Shown: in pieces, positions 1 through 9,603 of the stretch
How positions within the stretch are numbered: position 1 is the stretch's first letter
Layout: every line of letters begins with the position of its first letter
From: an uncultured delta proteobacterium
Lineage (GTDB): Bacteria; Myxococcota_A; Polyangia; Polyangiales; B10-G4
Direction: 5' to 3'
Assembly (NCBI GenBank): GCA_963727445.1
Contig: CAVSGI010000014.1
Coordinates: 192,001 to 256,000 of the forward strand
DNA length: 64,000 nt
Notes under the pieces: generated by a model
The model's database searches: none
Told to the model about the DNA's origin: nothing
What the model saw: the letters and a program-made list of their open reading frames with translations, nothing else
Position numbers and translations under genes: made by a program

Positions 1-497
1 TCGAGAACGAAGGCGGCGAGGTGCGTCTCGACGCGGCCAGCGAGCTGCCCCCGGTCATGCTCGACGAGCAGGCGGTGCTCCTGTCGGTCATCAACCTCCT
101 CGACAACGCCGTGAAGTACGGCCGCGGCACCCCGGTGGAGGTGAGGATCCGACGTGAGGACGGCGTCCTCCGCGTGGCGGTGCGCGATCACGGCCCGGGG
201 ATCCCGAAGAGCGATCTGAAGCGGGTCTTCGAGCGCTTCTATCGCACCCGGAAGAACGAGAGCGACGTGCGGGGATCGGGGATCGGCCTCAGCCTGGTCA
301 AGCACATCGCCGAGGCGCACGGCGGCAGGGCCTGGGCCGAAAACGCCGAGGACGGTGGCGCGGTGGTCGGCTTCTCGGTGGCCATCCCGAAGAAACGGGC
401 GACGGCAGCCGCGATGGAGAGGGACGACAGCCAGCCCGAGGGCGCCCGCGCGGCGAGCGTGAACCTCCCCGCGCCCCCTGGCGTCCCGGAAGCCTGA
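1..497 (+). CDS. Sensor histidine kinase, C-terminal HATPase_c domain (5' truncated by window)
   Basis: N box (NLLDNAVKY), G1 (DHGPGI), F box (FERFYR), G2 (GSGIGLS). Confidence 0.92.
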   Translation, partial: ENEGGEVRLDAASELPPVMLDEQAVLLSVINLLDNAVKYGRGTPVEVRIRREDGVLRVAVRDHGPGIPKSDLKRVFERFYRTRKNESDVRGSGIGLSLVKHIAEAHGGRAWAENAEDGGAVVGFSVAIPKKRATAAAMERDDSQPEGARAASVNLPAPPGVPEA

Positions 498-557
498 GAC
501 GCATCCCGTCCATTCGTCCTTGTTTTGAGCTGCCCCCGACCGGCAACATGAGCCCCC

Positions 558-1263
558 GTGAGCACCGAGCCAACGGGACGGACGATCCTGCTCGTCGAGG
601 ACGACCCAGCGCTGGCGCTGGGCCTGTGCGACGCCCTCGAGTTCGAGGGCTTCGCGGTGGTGCACGCCAAGAATGGCCAGTCAGGCATCGACGAGGCCCG
701 AGACCGCGGCCCCGACTGCATCATCCTCGACCTGATGCTGCCCGACATCAACGGCTACCAGGTGTGCACCGAGATCCGCGAAGGGGACCCGATCGTCCCC
801 ATCATCATGCTCACCGCGCGCAGCCAGGAGGCGGACAAGATCCGCGGGCTCGAGTCGGGCGCGGACGACTACGTCACCAAGCCCTTCTCCGTGGGGGAGC
901 TCGTCGCGCGCATCCGCGCCATGTTCCGCCGCGCCGCGCGCATCAGCACCGCTCCGGGCAAGCGGACCTTTCCGGATCGGGGAGCGCGTGATCGACCCCA
1001 CGGCCCAGACGCTGACCCACGGTCGCAAGACGGTGCAGCTCTCCTTCTACGAGATCGAGCTCCTGCGCATCCTCTACGAGCGGGCCGGCCAGCCGGTGAG
1101 CCGCGACGAGATCCTCGACAAGATCTGGGGCATCAGCTCGAGCCCCAGCAACCGAACCGTCGACAACTTCGTGGTGAAGCTCCGCAAGAAGATCGAGCCC
1201 AGCCCCGACAAGCCCCAGCACATCCTCACCGTGTACGGCGTGGGGTACAAATTGGTGATTTGA
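558..1263 (+). CDS. OmpR/PhoB-family response regulator, frameshifted near 965-990
   Basis: Receiver ([23 protein letters not shown]) in ORF 558; winged-helix ([31 protein letters not shown]) continues in ORF 988..1263. Confidence 0.9.
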
Positions 1264-1472
1264 GCTTGCGTGACGTCGCCGCCCAGGCACGCCGTCCCGC
1301 GGCTCTCCTCCTCGGGGCGGACGCTCGATGTAGCGCACGCACGCCTCGGCCCGCCCCTCCGGGGGCGCTCGCGGGACGACGCACCTGAACGACGACTTCG
1401 GACGAGATGTTCGAGAGTTCCCAAATGACACGAGATCTGCACAGGCCACAGCTTCGGCGCTATCATGCGCAC

Positions 1473-3123
1473 ATGCTTCGCTTCGCGATTGCGATGACGC
1501 TCCTCGGTGTGGCTCTCGGAGGCTGCAGCGCGGAGGAAGACCAGGGCTCCGGCCTGGCTCTGCGCGACCCAGCCGCCCTGATCGATGACATTCAGGGGGA
1601 CCTGCGCCTCCTCGTGCTGCCGAGCGACAGCTTCACCTGCGACCCAGCCACCGGGTTCACGACGCCGAGTCCGCCCGAAGAACGGGGCGCGATGATTCCG
1701 GAAGCGATCTTCACGAACGAGTTCAGCAGCGCAGATCTCCTCTCGGGCGTCATGGCGACCGTACCGCCAGGCCGGTGGGTCATTCTGGTTCGGGGCTGGG
1801 GCACCGACGAGGTGAGCGGACGTACCGACTTCATGATCGCCACTGGATGCGCGACGGACGAAGTCGCGAACGGAGGCACCAAGAACGTCGAGATCGAGCT
1901 GATCCAGAACTTCGGCGCGGGCGTCTGCGGCGACTCGATCCTGAGCCCCGACGAGCAGTGCGACGACGGCAACATGGCGGCGGGCGACGGCTGCGACGCC
2001 TCGTGCCGCACGGAGCCGTTCCTCGTGTCGCGGACCGCGGGGATGGCGGCCGCGGCCGAAATCACACCTGCGTCCGGCTGGACAGAAGGAGCTCGCCTGG
2101 CCGTGGTCTACGACTCGGATCTCGATGACTCGGGATATCCGCGCGATGATGCTGTCTGAGACGGGAGCGAATAATCGACGTCGCCAACTGCACTATCGGT
2201 GGACGGGATTGGTCGACGAGCTTCAGGGTCCACAAGGCGTCCCCGCCGTCGCCGCAGCTGCCTCCTGCACTCGAACGACTCCGCCAAACGGAACCTGTTT
2301 CGGCGTCGCCTATGCTTCGTTCATTGCCGGAACGAACGCGGGGGTGTGGGTGAGTTTTTCGACGGGTACCCGGAATCAGATCGGGACACCGGAAGCCAGA
2401 ATGAATGCAGCGCCAATGATCGCAGAGAGCGAATCCGTCGATTGCGCTCATGGGAGACGGTACGGCACTGGTCGTGTTTCAGGACCCTGCTCGGCCACTG
2501 GCTTGACCGGGAGCATCGTCGCCGGTGACGCGACGACCCCAGGAACTCCCTTCCCGGTCGGCACCGGCCAGACCGGCGCGACCAGCCCCTCGGTCGCGGC
2601 GAGCACCGCCGGCTTCGTCGTCGCCTTCGCCGCGGGCGGCAGCGTCCACTACCAGCGCTACGGCGCCGACGGCGCCGCCGTCGACGCCATGGCGGTCATG
2701 GTGGGCAGCGGAGCGGAGCCGGCGGCCGCGTCGCTCTCCGACGGCCGCACCGCCATCGCCTGGACCAACGGCCTCGGCGTGCAAGCCCAGGTCTACGACG
2801 CCACCATGACTGCCGCCGGTGACGTCCTCGACGTGGGCGCCGGCAGCGCCCCCACCCTCGCCGCTTCGCGCGACCGCTTCGGCGTGGCCTGGGTCGACGG
2901 CTCCGGCATCGTCGCGCGCATGATCAGCCCCGACGGCGCCTTCGCGCTCAACCGCGACGCGCCGCCGACGACCGACGCCTTCCAGGTCGCGACCGGGACC
3001 GTCAGCGACCCCGCCGCCGCCGCCGGCGGCACCGCGAGCGCGCCGCTCTGGTTCGTCGCTTGGCAGGACGGCAACGCCGATCCCGCCGGTGACATCCAGG
3101 GACGCCTCTTCCCGCTGCCCTGA
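1473..3123 (+). CDS. Secreted lipoprotein with myxococcal cysteine-rich repeat (DUF4215-like); frameshifted at ~2125-2210
   Basis: Lipobox ALGGC; CGDSILSPDEQCDDGNMAAGDGCDASC; beta-rich C-terminal part in ORF 2125..3123. Confidence 0.7.
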
Positions 3124-3126
3124 CTC

Positions 3127-3288
3127 ATGGGCGCTGGTCAGTTCTACATCTACCTCTACGCGCTCTGCTTCGTCGCAGTGGCGGGGTTGGTCGTACTGGG
3201 CGCGGGCCTCTTCTTCTGGGGACGGCGCAAGGAGCGGCTCTCACGCGAGCGAAGGCGCGACGCGCGCAAGCGCGAGGCGGGCTCTTGA
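3127..3288 (+). CDS. Small 53-aa single-TM membrane protein (not in ORF track)
   Basis: MGAGQFYIYLYALCFVAVAGLVVLGAGLFFWGRRKERL...; ATG 3 nt after the upstream stop, TGA overlaps the next start. Confidence 0.6.
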   Translation: MGAGQFYIYLYALCFVAVAGLVVLGAGLFFWGRRKERLSRERRRDARKREAGS

Positions 3289-4562
3289 AGGATTGGCGAA
3301 GGGCGGTGGTGCTCACCCTCGCCGCCGCGCTCCTGGGATTCGCTGGCGACGACCCCGACCTGTTGGACGCGCCCCCGGCCGAAGAGTTCGGCCTCCTCGA
3401 GCTCGCCGCCGGTCTCGATCGCCCCCCGGCGCCGGCCGGCGCCGTGCGCTCGCGCAGCCAGCTCCCCCCTCCCCCGCCGCCCGACGATGCGGCTTCTCCA
3501 ACGGGACTCACACCTCTCGCGGCGGCCAACCCCATGGCGCCCGCCCGTGTGGGCTTCGAGATCAGTGGCATGCTCGGCCCCATCGCGCGCAGCGCCCTCG
3601 CCTCGGACCTCTCCTACGTACGCGAGCTCCGCATCGAGGACGAGTGCGACTTCGTGATCAGCGGACGCGCCCAGAGCGGCGAGCTCACCCTCAGCCTGCG
3701 TCGCTCCACCGACGGCGTCGGATTCACGCGGACCTACCGCGGTCAGGACTTCGCGTCCTTCCTCCACGAGTTCGCGGACGACGTGGTGGAGTCGCTCACC
3801 GGACGTCGCGCCGCCTTCGCCTCGCGCCTCGTCTTCGGGCGTCGCATCGCGCGCGGGCGCAAGGACATCTTCGTGGCCGACGCCGACGGCCGGGGGCTCA
3901 CCCGCGTCTCGAGCGGGCACGGGATCGCCACCCTCCCCGCCTTCGGCCCAGAGGGCGTTTTCTATTCGGTGGCCACGCCCACCGGGGTCTTCATCACCCG
4001 AAGCGGCACGGCGGACGCGCCGATCGTGGGCGGCCACAACACCAACATGGGCGCGCGCTTCTGCGGCGGCCGCCTCTACTTCGCCTCGAGCCGTGAAGGC
4101 AACACGGACATCTACAGCGTGCGCCCCGACGGCAGCGACGAGCAGCGCCTCACCGCCAATCCAGCCATCGACGTGAGCCCCGCCTGCGCGCCCGATGGCG
4201 GCATCGCCTTCGTCTCGAACCGGCGCGGCACGCCCCAGATCTTTTTGGCGAAGGCGGGCGAGTCGGCGCTGGAGCAGCTGACCCACGGCGAGCTCGAAGC
4301 GCAGACCCCCGCTCTGTGCGGTCGATGGCTCGCCTACACCGAGGTGGGCGGCGGGATGCGTGTGATGGTGCTCGACCGCCGGACCGGGGTCGTCACCCGG
4401 GTCAGCGCCGAGCGGGGGGAGAACAAGGACCCGGCCTTTTCCCCCGATTGCCGCATGATCGCCTGGTCGACCTCCCGGGGCATCGTGGTGGCCCGCCGGG
4501 ATGGCCATCTGCCCCGGGTGGTGCTGCCAGGGGGCGCCGAAGCCATCCGCTGGGAGCGCTGA
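3285..4562 (+). CDS. TolB-like periplasmic beta-propeller (PD40 repeats)
   Basis: FADDVVESLTGRRAAFASRLVF; repeats such as FASSREGNTDIY, IAFVSNRRGTPQIF, PAFSPD. Confidence 0.8.
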   Translation: MKDWRRAVVLTLAAALLGFAGDDPDLLDAPPAEEFGLLELAAGLDRPPAPAGAVRSRSQLPPPPPPDDAASPTGLTPLAAANPMAPARVGFEISGMLGPIARSALASDLSYVRELRIEDECDFVISGRAQSGELTLSLRRSTDGVGFTRTYRGQDFASFLHEFADDVVESLTGRRAAFASRLVFGRRIARGRKDIFVADADGRGLTRVSSGHGIATLPAFGPEGVFYSVATPTGVFITRSGTADAPIVGGHNTNMGARFCGGRLYFASSREGNTDIYSVRPDGSDEQRLTANPAIDVSPACAPDGGIAFVSNRRGTPQIFLAKAGESALEQLTHGELEAQTPALCGRWLAYTEVGGGMRVMVLDRRTGVVTRVSAERGENKDPAFSPDCRMIAWSTSRGIVVARRDGHLPRVVLPGGAEAIRWER

Positions 4563-4678
4563 GGACCCGCCTTGCCGGCTTGACCCCCTTCGCGAGGCCG
4601 ATTAGAAGGGGGGGTAATTTCCTTTGCAATTCTGGTCCTCCCCACCGCGGGAGGACACTTCACGAGGACTCACGAGAC

Positions 4679-5158
4679 GTGGCCGAAGGTAGCTCGGAGC
4701 GCGGTGGACTACTCAGTCGTGCACCCCGGATCGGACGCCGCACGGCAGGAGTCGTCTTCTGGTGCGCAGCGCTCTACATCGCCGGGGCGGGCTTCTACTC
4801 GATCCCGCTGCAGGTCTTTCAACCGCAGGCGGCCGCCGAGCCGCCGGCGGAGGACTGCGCCTCGGGGGTTCGCGAGCTCAGGAGCGAGCTTCTCGCGCGC
4901 GCTTCGGAACACGTCGCCTCCGCGGGCGCGTCCACCGACGGGCTCGAGGAGTGGCTTCGCGGCTGGGACCTGCGTCACGCAGCTCTCGCCCCGCTGTGCA
5001 CCGGCGAAGGAGAGGCGGCGCACCTCGCGGTGGGTCGAATGCGACATCGCGTCGATGACGCGCTCGGTCGCATCACCCGCGAGATAAAGCCGCTCTCGCA
5101 CCAAGTGGACCGTGGCCTCGAACAAATCACCTCCCGACAGCAGAGAACAGATCGATGA
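4679..5158 (+). CDS. Hypothetical membrane-anchored protein
   Basis: In-frame GTG start; TM segment VVFWCAALYIAGAGFYSI; stop overlaps the helicase start. Confidence 0.55.
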   Translation: MAEGSSERGGLLSRAPRIGRRTAGVVFWCAALYIAGAGFYSIPLQVFQPQAAAEPPAEDCASGVRELRSELLARASEHVASAGASTDGLEEWLRGWDLRHAALAPLCTGEGEAAHLAVGRMRHRVDDALGRITREIKPLSHQVDRGLEQITSRQQRTDR

Positions 5159-6984
5159 CTACCGACGTAGTGCCCGCGACCGAAGACAAGAGCCCGCCCA
5201 CTTTCGACGCCATTCCTCTCTCCGAGCCGGTTCGCCGCGCGGTGGACGAGATGGGCTGGGTCAACCCGACTCCCGTTCAGCTGGCGACCTACGAGCCGGC
5301 CGTGGACGGCCGCGATCTGATCGTCCAGGCACGCACCGGCACGGGGAAGACCGGCGCCTTCGGCATCGTGATCGCCGATAAGCTGGTCACCGCCGATCCC
5401 GGCGTGCAGGCCCTGGTGCTGGCGCCCACGCGCGAGCTCGCGCTTCAGAGCGCGCGCGAGCTTTCGAAGATCGGCAAGCACAACGGCATTCGCACCTCGG
5501 CGGTCTACGGCGGCGCGCCGATGGAGCGGCAGGTGCGCGAGCTCGAAGCGGGCGCGCAGGTGGTGTCCGGCACCCCGGGGCGCGTCCTCGACCACCTCAA
5601 GCGCGGCACCCTCGACGCCCGGGGCCTGAAGGTTCTGGTCCTCGACGAAGCGGACGAGATGCTCTCCATGGGCTTCGCCGAGGAGCTCAACGCCATCATC
5701 GACCGTCTCCCCAAGGAGCGGCAGACCCTGCTCTTCTCCGCGACCGTCGACCGCGGCGTCGAGCGCGTGGCGAACCGTCACATGACCGACCCCGAGCACG
5801 TCTCGCTCTCGAGCGACGCGATCGGGGCGACCACCATCAGCCACTTCACCTACCTGGTCAGCGGCCAGGGCAAGGTGAACGACCTGATCGAGATCCTCGA
5901 GGTCGAGGACCCCGAGAGCGCGATCGTCTTCTGCAACACCAAGGCAGAGACCGAGATGGTGGCGCAGCAGCTCTCCCAGGCCGGCTTCAACGCCACCTGG
6001 CTCAACGGCGACCTGCCCCAGTCCGAGCGCGAGAAGGTCATGGCGCGCACGCGTGAGGGCAAGCTCCGCTACCTCGTCGCGACCGACGTCGCCGCGCGCG
6101 GGATCGACATCTCGCACGTCACCCACGTCATCAACTACACCTTCCCCGATCACATCGAGCAGTACATCCACCGGACCGGACGGACGGGACGCGCGGGTCG
6201 CACGGGCACGGCCATCTCCCTGGTGAGCCCGCAGGAGTTGGGCTCGCTCTACTACCTCCGGCTCACCTACAAGATCTTCCCGGTGGAGCGCTCGCTCCCG
6301 ACCAAGGGCGAGGAGCGCACGCGCCGCGAAGCCGATCGCATCGGGCTCCTCGAGGCGGCCTTCCCGAAGGCGGTGAGCGAGATCGACCGTTCGGTGGCCC
6401 GACGCCTCCTGACCCACCCCGACGCCGAGCGCATCGTGGGCGGGCTTCTCGGGGCCTTCTTCGGTGGGCGCGAAGGGGTGGACGAGGAAGCCGCCGAAGC
6501 GCGCCGCGACCGCCGCCCCGAGCCGGTCGAGGCTGCCAGCGACGACGACGGCGGCAAGAAGAAGAAAAAGAAGAAGAAGGACGGGACGAAGAAGAAAAAG
6601 AAGAAGGACGAGGCCCGCGAAGCGCGCGAGCAGGAAGCGGCCGCCGCCGGTGCCGACGAAGCCCGGACGCCGCACGAGGAGCCCGAAGCGGAGGCGCGCG
6701 ACGACGAAGCGCCGCGCGAGAGCGAGGCCCCGAAGGACGACGAGGAGGGAATGACCCGCCTCTACGTGAACCTCGGCCGCCGCGACGGGTTGCGCGCCGG
6801 CGACATCGCGCGGCTCCTCCGCGATTCGTGCAGCCTCGAGCGCGCCGAGATCGGCCGCGTTCGTGTGCGCGACAAGCACGCCTTCGTCGACGTGCAGAGC
6901 GATCGCGTGGACCACGTGCTGTCGACCCTGCCCGGCCAGGTGGTCGACGAGCGCGAGGTCGTCGTCGAGGTCGCGAAGAACTGA
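5155..6984 (+). CDS. DEAD-box RNA helicase with C-terminal DbpA-type RNA-binding domain (DeaD/CsdA-like)
   Basis: Q motif PTPVQ, ARTGTGKT, PTRELA, DEAD, SAT, ARGID, HRTGRTGRAG; C-terminal RLYVNLGRRDG. Confidence 0.95.
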   Translation: MTTDVVPATEDKSPPTFDAIPLSEPVRRAVDEMGWVNPTPVQLATYEPAVDGRDLIVQARTGTGKTGAFGIVIADKLVTADPGVQALVLAPTRELALQSARELSKIGKHNGIRTSAVYGGAPMERQVRELEAGAQVVSGTPGRVLDHLKRGTLDARGLKVLVLDEADEMLSMGFAEELNAIIDRLPKERQTLLFSATVDRGVERVANRHMTDPEHVSLSSDAIGATTISHFTYLVSGQGKVNDLIEILEVEDPESAIVFCNTKAETEMVAQQLSQAGFNATWLNGDLPQSEREKVMARTREGKLRYLVATDVAARGIDISHVTHVINYTFPDHIEQYIHRTGRTGRAGRTGTAISLVSPQELGSLYYLRLTYKIFPVERSLPTKGEERTRREADRIGLLEAAFPKAVSEIDRSVARRLLTHPDAERIVGGLLGAFFGGREGVDEEAAEARRDRRPEPVEAASDDDGGKKKKKKKKDGTKKKKKKDEAREAREQEAAAAGADEARTPHEEPEAEARDDEAPRESEAPKDDEEGMTRLYVNLGRRDGLRAGDIARLLRDSCSLERAEIGRVRVRDKHAFVDVQSDRVDHVLSTLPGQVVDEREVVVEVAKN

Positions 6985-6995
6985 CGCCGCGCTGG

Positions 6996-7580
6996 CTACT
7001 GAGGCGGCGGCTCGGTGGGCGTCAGACGGAGGATCAACGCCGTCTGAATCGTGCGGCCGCGATCCTCGAAGGGCTCGAAGCGCAGCGCGCTCGCCCGGCG
7101 ACGCACACACTCGATCGCCTCTTCGCTCACCCCGGGCGCCGTGGCGCGCGCCCCCACCACTATGCCGCTCCTCACCGTGTCGACCTCGACCTGAAAGGAC
7201 ACGTCCCGACCGATGTGGCGGTCGGCCTCGGTGAGGCAGGCGCTCGGATCGCCCATCATGCGGCGGAGCTCCGCCGAGGGATCGCGGACCCTCTGCGTCT
7301 CGGCCGCCACTTCCTGGGTCTCGGTCACGGTGATGGGCGAGGCGGGGGTCGCCTCGAGCTGGACGTGCTCACCCCCCACCCGACGCTGCGTCGTCATCGC
7401 CACCCCAGGGCCATGGGGCCGGGCTCCTACCTGGCCCGACACCGGCTCCGTCACCTGAGCCCGCTGGGGCTCGCCCACGCCGCGCCCCGGAGCTACCTCC
7501 TCGCCGCCATCGTCGCTGCAAGCGGCTGCGCCGAGCGCCATCCAGAGGGCGAGCGTGGTCGTGAAAGCGCGGGGGGCCAT
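6996..7580 (-). CDS. Hypothetical lipoprotein
   Basis: Signal ALWMALGAAAC; C-terminal region weakly resembles a TonB-C/AgmX fold. Confidence 0.55.
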   Translation of the reverse strand: MAPRAFTTTLALWMALGAAACSDDGGEEVAPGRGVGEPQRAQVTEPVSGQVGARPHGPGVAMTTQRRVGGEHVQLEATPASPITVTETQEVAAETQRVRDPSAELRRMMGDPSACLTEADRHIGRDVSFQVEVDTVRSGIVVGARATAPGVSEEAIECVRRRASALRFEPFEDRGRTIQTALILRLTPTEPPPQ

Positions 7581-7674
7581 CCAAGTCTTGATACCACGAC
7601 CGCCCCCGGTCGCGTCTTGATGTCTTCGGGCCTTTACGGGTGGTCGCGGGCTTCGATAATCTCGGCTCCTCCTC

Positions 7675-9603
7675 ATGACCGCTCAGACGGAAAGCTTGCC
7701 GATGGCGAGCCCGAAAAACGCGATCCCGCCGGGACAGGTAGTGGGCGGTCGCTTTCAGGTCGAAGAGACCGTCAGTGAAGACGCCTTGGGTCTCGTTCTG
7801 CGCGCGCGCGATCAGAAGACCAAACGCGCGATCGCACTGCGCCTCCTCGCCCCCACCCTGGTCTCGAACGACGCCGCACAGAAATCGGTGAAAGCCGAAT
7901 GTCGCGGCGCCGCCGGTCTGACACACCGGAGCATCGTCGGGACCTACGGCGTCGGCAGCGCCGCGGGCACGCAGTTCGTGGCCTGCGAGTGGGTGGACGG
8001 CGCGCCGCTCTCGGTGCTCGTGCAGAAGCGCGAGGACGAAGGAAAGAAGCTGTCTCTTCGCGGCGCCTACAACGTGGTCGCCCACGTCGTGAAGGCGCTC
8101 GAGAAGGCCCACCCGACGACCTGTCACGGCGGGCTGCGCCCGAGCATCGTCTGGGTCACCTCCGCCGGCCGCGTGAAGGTGGGCGACTTCGGCGTGGCCA
8201 AGGCGATCGTCAGCACGGTCGGCGCGCGGGCGCTGGGCGAAGCCGAGCAGGCCTGCCTGGCGCCCGAGGTCAAAGCCGGACAGCCGCCGGACAAGCGCAG
8301 CGACATCTTCGGCCTGGGCGCGATCCTCTACACGATGCTCACGGGCAAGAGCCCGGCCGACGGCTTCACGCCGCCGTCTCAGGCCCACCCCGACGCGAGC
8401 GAGGCCATCGACCAGGTACTGCTCAAGTGCCTCGCGGGCGATCCCGCCCAGCGCTACGCCACGCCGGGGGAAGTGCGCGATGCGCTCGGCCCTCTGGTCG
8501 CCGACGCGCCGGAGGTCGCCCCGGAGCTCGACTTCTCGATCGACATCGACTTCGCGGTGGACGAGGACGCGCTGACCATCGCGCAGCCGTCCAAGCGGAA
8601 GGTCGCCCCGCCCTCCCCCGGCCAGCCCAAGGTCGGGGCCCGGGTGTCGATCCACGAGGAGTTCCGCCCCTCCATGGCCGGCGCTGACGGCCCCCCGGCC
8701 CCACGGCTCAGCATGCCCCAGGCGGGCCCGGCCGAGGTGGACCTGAAGGACCTCTTGGCCAAGATCACCGAGAACGACGCGCCGCGTTGGATGGTGGTCA
8801 AGGACAAGCTCGACCACGGTCCCTTCTCGGGTCGCGAGCTGGTTCAGATGATTCTCAAGGGCGAGGTCCTCGAGAACCACGGCCTGCTCAACATGGACAC
8901 CGGAGAGCGCAAGCCGGTGAAGGGCTTCCCGGAGTTCACCGAGTTCCTCGAACAGTTCAAGGTCACCAAGCGCCAGCAGGACGAGGCGGCCGCGCTGCAG
9001 CGCTCGGAAAAGGTCGAGACCGCGAGCAACGTCGGCAAGCTGCTCATCGGCGGTGGCGTGCTCGCCGTGCTGCTCTTGGGCGTCGGCATCTTCCTGCTCA
9101 CGCGCGAGGCGGCGGACGACGAGGTGACGGGCGACGTCGAGCTCGCGAACCTCTACGAGTCGGGCGACATCCAGATCGAAGGCTCGGCCGGCATCCTGCC
9201 GATGCCTCACGGACATCGCGGCATGGGCATGCGCTCCGGCATGGGCGGCGGAGGCGGCGGCTCGCTGAGCTACGAGGACGCGATGAACGAGGCGGTGAAC
9301 CTCGGCGACGCCACCATGGGCGGCAGCGAGCGGCAGCTCACGAGCGCGGACGTCGCGGGGGTGATGAACCGGAACATCAACCGGCTCTTCAGCTGCGTCG
9401 GCCAGGAGCTTCGCGGCGGGGGAAGCCTGCACCAGGTGCAGATCGATCTCGCGATCCTCGGAAGCGGCCGGGTGCAGGGCGCCAGCGTTCGCCAGGGCAG
9501 CCCCGCCTTCAAGCAATGCATCGCCGGTCGCGTTCGCGGCATCCAGTTCCCTTCCTTCCCCGCCCCTCGCATGGGCGCGCGGTACAGCTTCAGCGTCGAT
9601 TGA
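7675..9603 (+). CDS. Pseudokinase - GYF_2 - TM - AgmX/PglI C-terminal domain protein
   Basis: Kinase fold with DFG, LAPE, SDIFGLG but HGGLRP instead of HRDLKP; WMVVKDKLDHGPFS (GYF_2); TM; LTSADVAGVMNRNINRLFSC...CIAGRVRGIQFPSF. Confidence 0.82.
   Translation: MTAQTESLPMASPKNAIPPGQVVGGRFQVEETVSEDALGLVLRARDQKTKRAIALRLLAPTLVSNDAAQKSVKAECRGAAGLTHRSIVGTYGVGSAAGTQFVACEWVDGAPLSVLVQKREDEGKKLSLRGAYNVVAHVVKALEKAHPTTCHGGLRPSIVWVTSAGRVKVGDFGVAKAIVSTVGARALGEAEQACLAPEVKAGQPPDKRSDIFGLGAILYTMLTGKSPADGFTPPSQAHPDASEAIDQVLLKCLAGDPAQRYATPGEVRDALGPLVADAPEVAPELDFSIDIDFAVDEDALTIAQPSKRKVAPPSPGQPKVGARVSIHEEFRPSMAGADGPPAPRLSMPQAGPAEVDLKDLLAKITENDAPRWMVVKDKLDHGPFSGRELVQMILKGEVLENHGLLNMDTGERKPVKGFPEFTEFLEQFKVTKRQQDEAAALQRSEKVETASNVGKLLIGGGVLAVLLLGVGIFLLTREAADDEVTGDVELANLYESGDIQIEGSAGILPMPHGHRGMGMRSGMGGGGGGSLSYEDAMNEAVNLGDATMGGSERQLTSADVAGVMNRNINRLFSCVGQELRGGGSLHQVQIDLAILGSGRVQGASVRQGSPAFKQCIAGRVRGIQFPSFPAPRMGARYSFSVD

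Noticed and set aside
2100..2520. DGR variable region
   Set aside because: No template repeat or reverse transcriptase is visible, and the patch is not C-terminal
6541..6610. Poly-Lys AAG runs in the helicase as a frameshift site
   Set aside because: Frame is intact; this is an ordinary charged linker
4975..7110. Long antisense ORFs (also 7369-9651, 32144-34732, 41745-43580)
   Set aside because: Shadow ORFs of GC-rich coding sequence on the opposite strand
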